Shown piece by piece: positions 41,197 to 49,589 of a stretch of DNA of 64,000 bases. The translations under genes and the position numbers were made by a program. Source of the stretch: Escherichia phage vB_Eco_Jura. Positions within the stretch are counted from its first letter, which is position 1; each line of letters begins with the position of its first letter. Below the pieces are notes generated by a model. It saw nothing but the letters and a program-made list of their open reading frames with translations, searched no databases and was not told the origin of the DNA. The stretch is from sequence record LR999871, one strand, 5' to 3'.

Positions 41197-41516
41197 TGAA
41201 AACAATATTAATTGTTCATGATGCTGATTTTAATGATGTTGATAAAATGATGCGTAATATTGATTATGTAGCTCAGACAACTCCAGCATTTAAAGAAGAA
41301 TTTACTCTATATTGTGATGCTAATTCACCATTAGTTCCCATTCTGAAAGAAGCTGGTTTACCCTTCTCTACAGATAATTTCCCTGAAGAACCTGATTATG
41401 TAATTTCATTTATTTATGACTTACATGATGGCTCAGAACCAAGTGAATTGACTATGAGTCAATGGAAATCCAGAAGACCTGTATATGCATTTCAGGTAGT
41501 TAAATCAAGGAGTTAA
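41196..41516 (+). CDS. Hypothetical protein, 106 aa
   Basis: ORF in tightly packed array. Confidence 0.55.
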   Translation: MKTILIVHDADFNDVDKMMRNIDYVAQTTPAFKEEFTLYCDANSPLVPILKEAGLPFSTDNFPEEPDYVISFIYDLHDGSEPSELTMSQWKSRRPVYAFQVVKSRS

Positions 41517-41518
41517 CT

Positions 41519-41887
41519 ATGTTAGGTGATAACACTAATGCTCTGTTTGGAGTGTCAGCCAGACCTATTATCATTGTTAATAAACATCATGGTAAAAAGG
41601 GTGAATATATTGGGCGTGGTTCTCCTCTGGGTAATCCATTCGTTATTGGTAAAGATGGAACCAGAGAAGAAGTAATTGCCAAATATAAAGTATGGCTACA
41701 AGAACAGATTGATAAAGGTAATCCAGTTGTACTGGATGAATTAAATCGTCTTGGTAATAAAGCCATTGATGAAAAAGGATTAGCTTTACAGTGCTTCTGT
41801 TATCCAAAACCTTGTCATGGCGAGGTTATTAAAGAGAAGTTAGTAAAAGCTATGTATAACTACTTTGTGGAAAATCCTAATGGATAA
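41519..41887 (+). CDS. DUF4326-like protein (GNPF ... CxCxPxPCHG motifs), 122 aa
   Basis: RGSPLGNPF and QCFCYPKPCHGEV match my recollection of the DUF4326 signature. Confidence 0.6.
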   Translation: MLGDNTNALFGVSARPIIIVNKHHGKKGEYIGRGSPLGNPFVIGKDGTREEVIAKYKVWLQEQIDKGNPVVLDELNRLGNKAIDEKGLALQCFCYPKPCHGEVIKEKLVKAMYNYFVENPNG

Positions 41888-42065
41888 ACAATGCAAATGT
41901 GGTAAAGGCTATGTATCCCAATGGGATGGTAAATGTGGTCATTGTAGAACCAAGAAAGAACAACGTGACCATGAATATGCACTTCAGGAAATGATTGTAC
42001 CTGTTGAGAATTTAGGTATGGCTCCACTTGAGGCTTACAAATACATAAGGAGATTATGCAAATGA
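41880..42065 (+). CDS. Small Cys4 zinc-ribbon protein, 61 aa
   Basis: CKCG...CGHC pattern; start overlaps previous stop. Confidence 0.45.
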   Translation: MDKQCKCGKGYVSQWDGKCGHCRTKKEQRDHEYALQEMIVPVENLGMAPLEAYKYIRRLCK

Positions 42066-42442
42066 AAGAAGTATTCGTATTTGGTTCTAACCTTGCTGGT
42101 GTACATGGTGCAGGTGCTGCAAAGACAGCATATAAGAAACATGGAGCCAGATGGGGTAAAGGGCATGGTCATTATGGTGACAGCTACGCTATTCCCACTA
42201 AAGATACCAATATCAAAACGATGACTATTGAAGACATTCGTACATTTGTAAACGCCTTCATTGTCTATGCTGCTAATCATCCAGAACTTAACTTTAAAGT
42301 TACTCGTGTAGGTTGTGGATTAGCTGGTATTGATGATTCTGTTATGGCCTCTATGTTTGAAAATGCCACTGATAACTGTTCCTTTGACTTAGCATGGAAA
42401 AGTTACTTAGGGGATGATTTCAACTACTGGGGAACGTTCTAA
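42062..42442 (+). CDS. Hypothetical Gly-rich nucleotide-binding-like protein, 126 aa
   Basis: VFVFGSNLAGVHGAGAAKTA and VTRVGCGLAGIDDSV; start MKEV with AAGGAG RBS; fold not assigned. Confidence 0.55.
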   Translation: MKEVFVFGSNLAGVHGAGAAKTAYKKHGARWGKGHGHYGDSYAIPTKDTNIKTMTIEDIRTFVNAFIVYAANHPELNFKVTRVGCGLAGIDDSVMASMFENATDNCSFDLAWKSYLGDDFNYWGTF

Positions 42443-42460
42443 CTCATACGTTAGGCAATA

Positions 42461-42480
42461 AGCTGCTCCGCAGCTTTTGG
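42461..42480 (+). promoter_or_regulatory. Hairpin promoter P-c, N4 vRNAP type (AGCTGC-TCC-GCAGCT, then tttGG)
   Basis: 6-bp stem, 3-nt loop TCC identical to P-b; same spacing to GG; 37 nt upstream of RNAP II gene. Confidence 0.6.
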
Positions 42481-42516
42481 TAATTAATATGTTTAACCAA
42501 TTTTGGAGAATATGCG

Positions 42517-43329
42517 ATGTCTACTATCGAACATCAGATGCACCTCGAAAAGCTGTACAACAAGAACCAACTGTTACCAAGAATGCGTCAGGAGTTTGAA
42601 GAAAACTCTGGTATTGATTTCAAAGCCTTCTTTGCACATATAGGCATTGATTACAAATTTGGCATTGATGCAATGGTTCAAATGGCTCTGCATAAGCGAG
42701 CTGACCTACCAACATTAGTTGGTACATTGCGTCATCATTGCAAATCTGCACAGGAAGTAGCAGACAACCTTTTTAAGATGGCAAGTGAGGATTGCTTTAA
42801 CTTTGACCCGACCATCGACAAGTTCATTGTCATTTATACAATCAGCGATGACGTACAGCATGAACTGGATTCATTTCAATATCCACTACCTATGGTAGTA
42901 CGTCCTAAGCTGTTAACTAAGAATTATGGTACTGGGTACTTCACATGTAATAAGAGTGTGATTCTTAAGAAGAACCATACTGACGATGACATCTGCTTAG
43001 ACCATCTGAACCGTATGAACAAGATTCCATTGTCTATCAATTGGGATGTAGCTCATATGGTTAAAAATGAATGGGCTAATCTGGATAAACCGAAAGAAGG
43101 TGAAACTCGTCAGGAGTTTGAAAAACGTGTACGTGCATTCCAGAAATATGACCGTACTGCACATGAAGTAATGGGTTTATTGACCCAGGAAGGCAATAAG
43201 TTCTATCTGACTCATCGTCCGGATAAACGTGGTCGTACCTATTGCCAAGGTTATCATGTAACATACCAGGGAACTTCTTGGTGTAAAGCCGTGATTGAAC
43301 TTGCTGATAAGGAACTTATCAATGATTAA
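42517..43329 (+). CDS. Phage RNA polymerase II, small subunit (T7-like RNAP N-terminal homolog), 270 aa
   Basis: HRPDKRGRTY resembles T7 RNAP DxRGRxY; paired with downstream catalytic subunit as in N4. Confidence 0.75.
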   Translation: MSTIEHQMHLEKLYNKNQLLPRMRQEFEENSGIDFKAFFAHIGIDYKFGIDAMVQMALHKRADLPTLVGTLRHHCKSAQEVADNLFKMASEDCFNFDPTIDKFIVIYTISDDVQHELDSFQYPLPMVVRPKLLTKNYGTGYFTCNKSVILKKNHTDDDICLDHLNRMNKIPLSINWDVAHMVKNEWANLDKPKEGETRQEFEKRVRAFQKYDRTAHEVMGLLTQEGNKFYLTHRPDKRGRTYCQGYHVTYQGTSWCKAVIELADKELIND

Positions 43330-43831
43330 AGACAGAATGCCTATGGGTTACTGGAACAAACCAATAGAAGAATTAGCAATAGCTCACCCAAAAGAAGCTG
43401 CTAATAGTGCTAGTGGTTACATACGTATATCCAGAAACAATAGGATTCATTATTTACATCGTTGGTTGTGGGAACAAAAACATGGTGCTATCCCTGCTGG
43501 ACACACCATTGACCATCTTAATGGAATCCGGACTGATTGCCGTTGGGAAAACATGCGTTGTATCCCTTGGGCAATTAACTTACGTAATAGTACAAAGCGT
43601 GCTGATAACACGTCAGGAGTAACAGGTGTCTCACTATGGAAATCTCCAAAAGGAGTGTTCTGGAGAGCAACTTGTACTGACAACTTAACAGGAAAACAAC
43701 GATGTAAGGTGTTTTCCATAAATAAATACGGTTACAACTTTGCATTTGAATTAGCATGTGATGCTCGTGCCGATATGATTGAACGCCTGAACCAACAAGG
43801 TGCAGGTTATACCGACCGTCACGGTCAATAA
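43322..43831 (+). CDS. HNH homing endonuclease with AP2-type DNA-binding domain
   Basis: HTIDHLNGIRTDCRWENMR HNH motif plus GVTGVSLWKSPKGVFWRA...YGYNFAFELACDARA; start overlaps upstream stop. Confidence 0.8.
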   Translation: MIKDRMPMGYWNKPIEELAIAHPKEAANSASGYIRISRNNRIHYLHRWLWEQKHGAIPAGHTIDHLNGIRTDCRWENMRCIPWAINLRNSTKRADNTSGVTGVSLWKSPKGVFWRATCTDNLTGKQRCKVFSINKYGYNFAFELACDARADMIERLNQQGAGYTDRHGQ

Positions 43832-43885
43832 TCCCTATAAGCAGGCTCTCCATAGTGGGGAGCCAAGAAGCAAGAGGAATATACA

Positions 43886-45100
43886 ATGCAAACTTTTACT
43901 GCCCGTGAATATCTGAAAATTGACATTGCTAATAACTATGGTCTGGATAAAGAAGACTGGGATGACCGTATTGCATGGTTCGATAAGAATGAGAACAACC
44001 TGCTGAACCTTGTAAGAGAAGCTGAAGAACCAGCCCTGTTCTATGCTGGTGTTAAAGCATGGATGGACGTTAAGGAAGGTAAGCCAATTGGTTATCCTGT
44101 TGCACTGGATGCTACATCATCTGGTCTACAGATTCTGGCTTGCCTGACTGGTGACCGTAGAGCTGCTGAACTATGTAACGTTGTTAACTATCGTGATGAA
44201 AGTGGCAAAGTTAAACGTCGTGATGCTTATACAGTTATCTACAACAAGATGCTGAACACTCTTGGTAAAGGTGCTCGTATCAAACGTAATGACTGTAAAC
44301 AAGCAATCATGACTGCTCTGTATGGTTCAGAGGCTAAACCAAAGGAAGTATTTGGTGAAGGCATTATGCTCAACGTATTTGAAAGCACAATGAATGTGGA
44401 AGCACCTGCTGTATGGGAATTGAATAAATTCTGGTTACAGTGTGGTAATCCAGAGGCTTTCGTATATCACTGGGTAATGCCAGATGGCTTTAACGTATAT
44501 ATCAAAGTAATGGTAAATGAAGTGGAGACTGTCCACTTCTTAGATAAGCCGTATGACTGTGTTCGTAAAGTACAAGGTACTGAAGAGAAGACTCGTATGC
44601 TATCTGCCAATACCACCCACTCTATTGATGGCCTAGTAGTACGTGAGCTGGTTCGTCGTTGTGACTATGACAAGAACCAGATTGAATACATCAAGGCTCT
44701 TTGCAATGGTGAAGCTGAATATAAGACTTCTGAAAAGAACTATGGCAAAGCAATGGAACTGTGGGGCTACTATGAGAAGACAGGATTCCTGACTGCTCGT
44801 ATCTTTGATTATCTGGATTCTGAAACTATTAAATTAGTAAATACTCAGGACATTCTAGACCTGATTGAATCCATGCCTAAGAAACCATTCCATGTACTCA
44901 CTGTACATGACTGCTTCCGTTGCCTGCCTAACTATGGCAATGACATTCGTCGTCAGTACAACAACCTGTTAGCTACTATTGCTAAAGGTGACTTACTATC
45001 TTTCATTATGAGCCAGGTTCTAGGCCAAGAAGTTACTATTGGCAAACTAGACCCGACTCTATGGGAAGATGTATTAGAAACCGAATACGCTCTATCTTAA
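43886..45100 (+). CDS. Phage RNA polymerase II, large catalytic subunit, 404 aa
   Basis: T7-like motif A LDATSSGLQILACLTGD, motif B KQAIMTALYGS, motif C LTVHDCF. Confidence 0.85.
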   Translation: MQTFTAREYLKIDIANNYGLDKEDWDDRIAWFDKNENNLLNLVREAEEPALFYAGVKAWMDVKEGKPIGYPVALDATSSGLQILACLTGDRRAAELCNVVNYRDESGKVKRRDAYTVIYNKMLNTLGKGARIKRNDCKQAIMTALYGSEAKPKEVFGEGIMLNVFESTMNVEAPAVWELNKFWLQCGNPEAFVYHWVMPDGFNVYIKVMVNEVETVHFLDKPYDCVRKVQGTEEKTRMLSANTTHSIDGLVVRELVRRCDYDKNQIEYIKALCNGEAEYKTSEKNYGKAMELWGYYEKTGFLTARIFDYLDSETIKLVNTQDILDLIESMPKKPFHVLTVHDCFRCLPNYGNDIRRQYNNLLATIAKGDLLSFIMSQVLGQEVTIGKLDPTLWEDVLETEYALS

Positions 45101-45105
45101 TAACT

Positions 45106-45140
45106 AAGGCTATCCCTACGGGGGTAGCCTTTATTTTTTT
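45106..45140 (+). terminator. Rho-independent terminator
   Basis: AAGGCTATCCC/GGGGTAGCCTT hairpin followed by T-run. Confidence 0.65.
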
Positions 45141-45184
45141 AGTAAATCATAATGGATAGGCATTTAACCTATGAGGAAATTAAA

Positions 45185-46024
45185 ATGCCTGTTCTTAAAG
45201 TGATGTTCCATAAAGACACCAACGTAGCTACTGTACTGGATGCCAGTGGTAGCCTTAGTGATGGTTCCGTTGAGGTGGGTACTTTCCATCATCCTGATGA
45301 AACCTATCCCGATAGTGTAACTATCTATCATGGTGTACGTGACCTGCTGTATAAACGCAGTGCTAAAGACCCATCTCAAACTGCTTCTTACCCAAATAAC
45401 ATTATCAATATGCAAGTTATCAGTATTGATATGAAGGCAACTCCTCGCCTGATTTTGGGTACTGCATTGCCTCGTGTAATCTCTACTATTGAAGGTAAAG
45501 ATGTAACCTGGCATGTAGATGTTGCTGGTGGTAAAGCACCATTGACTTACAAGTGGCAGTTTAAAGCTAATACTGTAGGTGCTGCTTTCGCTGATATTGA
45601 TTCCGGAGAGAATCCTACAGCTAAAACTGCAACTCTTATTAATCATGCAGTAACTGCTGAATCTGCTGGTACTTATAAAGTCATCGTTACTGATGCTAAC
45701 GGTACTACTATCGAGAGTTCTTCTCTGCTGGTTGTAGGAGTTCAGGAACCACCTGAAGTAGCTTCTATTGTTGCTTATCCAAGTCCACTGGCTCTATCAG
45801 TAGCTGATGATATTACCAATGGTAAAACAGTTAAGTTTTCTTCCCTGCCTGCTGGCTCTTTGATTGGTACTCTGTCCATTAAGACCCAGCCTGACAGTGG
45901 TAAAGCTACTGCTGAGATTAGTGGTAATGTACTGACAGTTAAACCTGTAGCCGCAGGTGACACTACTGTAGTGGTCACCAACGGAACCAAGGAAGTAACT
46001 GTTACGGTTAATGTTACAGAGTAA
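45185..46024 (+). CDS. Ig-like (BIG2-type) domain protein, candidate capsid decoration protein (N4 gp17-like position)
   Basis: Two Ig-like segments; lies immediately after the RNAP II genes; start MPVLK with AGGAAA RBS. Confidence 0.6.
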   Translation: MPVLKVMFHKDTNVATVLDASGSLSDGSVEVGTFHHPDETYPDSVTIYHGVRDLLYKRSAKDPSQTASYPNNIINMQVISIDMKATPRLILGTALPRVISTIEGKDVTWHVDVAGGKAPLTYKWQFKANTVGAAFADIDSGENPTAKTATLINHAVTAESAGTYKVIVTDANGTTIESSSLLVVGVQEPPEVASIVAYPSPLALSVADDITNGKTVKFSSLPAGSLIGTLSIKTQPDSGKATAEISGNVLTVKPVAAGDTTVVVTNGTKEVTVTVNVTE

Positions 46025-46045
46025 TGTGATTGTTTTTATGAATGT

Positions 46046-46068
46046 AGCCCTCCTTGTGAGGGCTTTTT
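46046..46068 (+). terminator. Rho-independent terminator
   Basis: AGCCCTC-cttgt-GAGGGCT followed by TTTTT. Confidence 0.65.
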
Positions 46069-46093
46069 AGTATCTATAGGAGAGTAAATAATT

Positions 46094-46408
46094 ATGGCTA
46101 ATAAGAACCGTCTTCGTGTATGGCATATCCCTCAAGTACCCGGCAAAGCCTTCTATGTTGAAGTAGATTCAGTAGAAGAAGGTGTACGTATCATTGATAT
46201 ACTAGCCAACTATGACCTATTCCAGTATGAGAACAATATCAAAGGTGATTACTGCAATGTCTCTGGTTTACAGATGTATGATGAACATATCACTGATGAT
46301 GAAATGGAAGAGATGGGTCTGACTGACCGTTGGGTAGACTGGTACTATGAAGATGACCAGAGCTTTTTTGATAACCCGAAAGAGTATTTGAATAATCTCA
46401 AGAAGTAA
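46094..46408 (+). CDS. Hypothetical acidic protein, 104 aa
   Basis: ORF with GGAGAG RBS. Confidence 0.55.
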   Translation: MANKNRLRVWHIPQVPGKAFYVEVDSVEEGVRIIDILANYDLFQYENNIKGDYCNVSGLQMYDEHITDDEMEEMGLTDRWVDWYYEDDQSFFDNPKEYLNNLKK

Positions 46409-46448
46409 TTTCTTGGGGTTAATGACCCTTATTAATTCCTTATCCTTT

Positions 46449-46471
46449 GCCCTCCTATGGAGGGCTTTTTT
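46449..46471 (+). terminator. Rho-independent terminator
   Basis: GCCCTCC-tat-GGAGGGC followed by T6. Confidence 0.65.
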
Positions 46472-46482
46472 ACGGAGTACAA

Positions 46483-46689
46483 ATGTTTAAGTTCTTAGAC
46501 CTTATCTGGGCAGTCATTTTGCTGGTTGCTACAGGCTTTGTATATGGCTTCTTGCTCCCATCAATGATGTCTGCTTTAGACAGCATCATTGTTGTTATGG
46601 GCTTGATAGTCTGTATTGTGTGGCCTCTTATCGTAGGCCGTATCGTTTATCTTACAGTTAAGAAAAGGATGAGAAGAAAACATGTATAA
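46483..46689 (+). CDS. Small two-TM membrane protein, 68 aa
   Basis: Two hydrophobic helices, basic C-terminus KKRMRRKH. Confidence 0.5.
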   Translation: MFKFLDLIWAVILLVATGFVYGFLLPSMMSALDSIIVVMGLIVCIVWPLIVGRIVYLTVKKRMRRKHV

Positions 46690-47518
46690 GTACATTGCAG
46701 TAGCAATTGCAGGGCTAATCATTGCTCTAAGTTTAACGAGCTGCTATGACCGAGTTGAACCAGGTAATGTAGGTATTATCGTTAATCGTCTCGGTGAAGA
46801 TAAAGGTGTGGAAAATGAGGTTAAAGGTGTAGGCCGTTACTGGCTCACTTGGAATGAAGAACTTTATACATTCCCGACCTTTAAGCAGATGAAGACCTAT
46901 GATGGTCTGTTTTACTTCCAACTGTCTGATGGTACTCAGATAGGCCACCAGATGGCTATCAGCTATAAAGTGAACCCTACTAAGGTAACTAATATCTTCC
47001 AGACGTATCGTAAGGGAGTTAATGAAATTACCGAGCAGGATTTACGACAACGTATTGCTGATGTACTTAACAGACAGGGTAACCTGATTAACACTGATAC
47101 ATTTATTGATGGTGGTAAATCTAAGCTACTGGATAGTGTCACTGACACAATCCGTAAAGAGATGGAACCAGTAGGGATTGATATTATTGCTATCTCCTGG
47201 ATTGGTGCTCCTGAATACCCTGATAATGTTAAACGTGCCATTAATGCCAAAGTAGAAGCTACTCAGAAAACTCTGCAACGTGAGCAAGAGATTCAGCAAC
47301 GTGTAGCTGAAGCTAATATGGAACGTGAACAAGCTAAGGGTGTAGCAGATGCTATCCTGATTAAAGCTAAAGCAGAGGCTGATGCTATTCGTTTACGTGG
47401 TGAAGCACTCACCGAGAACCCAAATGTAATGCAACTGGAAGCCATTAATAAGTGGAATGGTACATTACCTACCACAATGATTCCTGGGGCTACTACACCT
47501 TTCGTTAATGTGAAATAA
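46682..47518 (+). CDS. SPFH (band 7) domain lipoprotein, 278 aa
   Basis: Lipobox LSLTSC; SPFH-like core and C-terminal coiled coil. Confidence 0.7.
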   Translation: MYKYIAVAIAGLIIALSLTSCYDRVEPGNVGIIVNRLGEDKGVENEVKGVGRYWLTWNEELYTFPTFKQMKTYDGLFYFQLSDGTQIGHQMAISYKVNPTKVTNIFQTYRKGVNEITEQDLRQRIADVLNRQGNLINTDTFIDGGKSKLLDSVTDTIRKEMEPVGIDIIAISWIGAPEYPDNVKRAINAKVEATQKTLQREQEIQQRVAEANMEREQAKGVADAILIKAKAEADAIRLRGEALTENPNVMQLEAINKWNGTLPTTMIPGATTPFVNVK

Positions 47519-47524
47519 CTAAGC

Positions 47525-47554
47525 AAACCCACCATTACGGTGGGTTTATTTTTT
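47525..47554 (+). terminator. Rho-independent terminator
   Basis: AAACCCACC/GGTGGGTTT hairpin followed by T-run. Confidence 0.65.
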
Positions 47555-47580
47555 GAAGTTATCTAACACTGGGTATTCCT

Positions 47581-47805
47581 ATGAAAGTAAATATTTTACG
47601 CCGTAAGAAAGTTCCTTTCTTTCAAATCAATTGTGGTTCATGCTTTCAACACGATGATGACTACTATATGAAGTGTAGTTATCAATCCAAAGAACACTTC
47701 TATGGTGTGAATTTACAAACAGGTCATCTGTTCACATTTGATAATAATGACTTTGTTTATCCTGTGACCTTAGAAGCATGTATTCCTGACCCATTTAATA
47801 AATAG
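47581..47805 (+). CDS. Hypothetical protein, 74 aa
   Basis: ORF. Confidence 0.45.
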   Translation: MKVNILRRKKVPFFQINCGSCFQHDDDYYMKCSYQSKEHFYGVNLQTGHLFTFDNNDFVYPVTLEACIPDPFNK

Positions 47806-47806
47806 T

Positions 47807-48163
47807 ATGGCTCAAGAAAAGAATCGTCGTCAGACACTTATCGAACGTATTCAGGCCAGAATCAAATTACAGGACTTAGGCTATACCGTTAATGGTCAGC
47901 CTAGTCTCTGTCACATCTGGACTGGTTCACATTCAGGTAATGGACGTGGTGGGCAATATGGCAGGATTTCCGTGAATGGAGTTACCTCTGCAACTCACAT
48001 TATTGCCTATACCCATTATCATGGTTATATCCCCAATAAGATGCAAGTAGACCATCTCTGTAATAATCGTCTGTGCTGTAACCCTGAACATCTTGAATTG
48101 GTTACTCACCAAGAGAACCAGAGAAGAAGGGCTAAGCGTTCTAAATCTAAAGGAAATAAATAA
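47807..48163 (+). CDS. Free-standing HNH endonuclease, 118 aa
   Basis: HIWTGSHSGNGRGGQYGRISVNG...QVDHLCNNRLCCNPEHLELVTHQEN. Confidence 0.8.
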   Translation: MAQEKNRRQTLIERIQARIKLQDLGYTVNGQPSLCHIWTGSHSGNGRGGQYGRISVNGVTSATHIIAYTHYHGYIPNKMQVDHLCNNRLCCNPEHLELVTHQENQRRRAKRSKSKGNK

Positions 48164-48334
48164 ATGATTAAAAAACTTATTTGTAAACTTATTGCAGCAA
48201 TCTTAATTAGTATTATTGGTATTGCATGGGTAATTTCTACTCCAGATAACGTTATGCAACAAATTTATTATGCTGTGTATACATCAACCTCTTTTGTTTG
48301 GGTTTATGTAATGTACCGTATTTGTAGCGACTAA
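48164..48334 (+). CDS. Small membrane protein (56 aa)
   Basis: ATG 1 nt after HNH stop; hydrophobic; below track cutoff. Confidence 0.35.
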   Translation: MIKKLICKLIAAILISIIGIAWVISTPDNVMQQIYYAVYTSTSFVWVYVMYRICSD

Positions 48335-48363
48335 TACTTAATATAGCTTAACTGGAGAGTAAA

Positions 48364-49422
48364 ATGGCTAGTATTGATTCTATTGCCGTATGTAATCCAC
48401 GGCAGGTACGTAAATTTGTTGAACACTGTATCCGTTCAGGATTGGTTCCATTTATCACTTCATCTCCTGGTATGGGTAAATCTGCAATTGTTCATCAGAT
48501 TGCAGAAGATTTTGGTCTGAAACTGATTGACCATCGTCTGTCTACTTCAGCACCAGAAGACCTGTCAGGTCTGCCTCGTTTTAAAGAAAATGGTCGTGCT
48601 GAATTTGCTCCATTTGACGAGCTATTCCCACTGGAAGGGGATACTGTACCTGAAGGATTTAATGGCTGGCTCCTTTTTCTCGATGAGTTTAACTCTGCTC
48701 GTAAAGAGATTCAGGCTGCTGCTTATAAACTGGTACTCGACCGTATGACTGGTCAGAAGAAGCTACATCCTTATGTAGCTATCGTATGTGCTGGTAACAA
48801 AGCAACTGACCGTGCCATTACTAATAACCTGTCTACAGCTATGCAATCACGCCTTATTCATCTGGAAATGGAGACTGATTTTGATGTCTTTATGGAAGAT
48901 GTAGCTATCCCTAACAAGTGGGATGAACGTGTAATTGCATTCCTGAATGCTAACCCAAATAAACTGAATGATTTTGAACCAGACCATCAAGAGAAGACTT
49001 TCTGTTGTTCTCGTACATGGGAGTTCGTTAACAAGATTGTTTCCATTCTCCCACCGGGACCGATTGATAGTGAAATGACTCTGCTGTTAGCAGGCACTAT
49101 CACTTCTGGTGTAGCAACATCATTCGTCCAGTTTACTCAGGTCTATAGCAACATGGTGTCTTTGAATGAGATTTTGGATAATCCTAAGAAAGCTCGTATG
49201 CCTGAAGACAATAACCTGTTGTGGGCTGTAGTCACTTCACTAATTAACAATACTGACGAAGATAATCATTCGAAAATCTTTGATTACGTTGAACGTATGC
49301 CGTTTACGTTCAAGGTTTTGTACTACCGTTCTGTAGGTAGTTTGGTTCCAGCTTTGGTTAAATTACCAAACTGGCGTGTTGCTGCAATCACATTATCTAA
49401 ATACGTTCATGGTTCCAATTAA
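48364..49422 (+). CDS. AAA+ ATPase (MoxR-like), 352 aa
   Basis: Walker A SSPGMGKS, Walker B LLFLDEFN. Confidence 0.8.
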   Translation: MASIDSIAVCNPRQVRKFVEHCIRSGLVPFITSSPGMGKSAIVHQIAEDFGLKLIDHRLSTSAPEDLSGLPRFKENGRAEFAPFDELFPLEGDTVPEGFNGWLLFLDEFNSARKEIQAAAYKLVLDRMTGQKKLHPYVAIVCAGNKATDRAITNNLSTAMQSRLIHLEMETDFDVFMEDVAIPNKWDERVIAFLNANPNKLNDFEPDHQEKTFCCSRTWEFVNKIVSILPPGPIDSEMTLLLAGTITSGVATSFVQFTQVYSNMVSLNEILDNPKKARMPEDNNLLWAVVTSLINNTDEDNHSKIFDYVERMPFTFKVLYYRSVGSLVPALVKLPNWRVAAITLSKYVHGSN

Positions 49423-49588
49423 CAAGAAAGGAGTTACAGACCTCCTGTATGTTGCTGGCTTTAACGGTGAAGAAATTACCGTATATGCCCCAAGTCTGGC
49501 TGCTGCTAAACAAAAGGCAGTTGAATACTTTCGTCCAAAGAAACGTGTAGCCCATACTATTTGGGTTCATCTCGCAGAGGAAAACTGA
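49409..49588 (+). CDS. Small hypothetical protein, 59 aa
   Basis: Start MVPINK overlapping ATPase stop. Confidence 0.4.
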   Translation: MVPINKKGVTDLLYVAGFNGEEITVYAPSLAAAKQKAVEYFRPKKRVAHTIWVHLAEEN

Positions 49589-49589
49589 T

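Noticed and set aside
42035-43886. Minus-strand ORFs overlapping the RNAP II and HNH genes (42035-42280, 43076-43264, 43450-43719, 43575-43886)
   Set aside because: Antisense to genes with clear catalytic motifs; no independent support
46449-46471. Stem with 3-nt loop (GCCCTCC-TAT-GGAGGGC) considered as a fourth vRNAP-type promoter
   Set aside because: Followed directly by T6 with no GG at +11/+12; behaves as an intrinsic terminator
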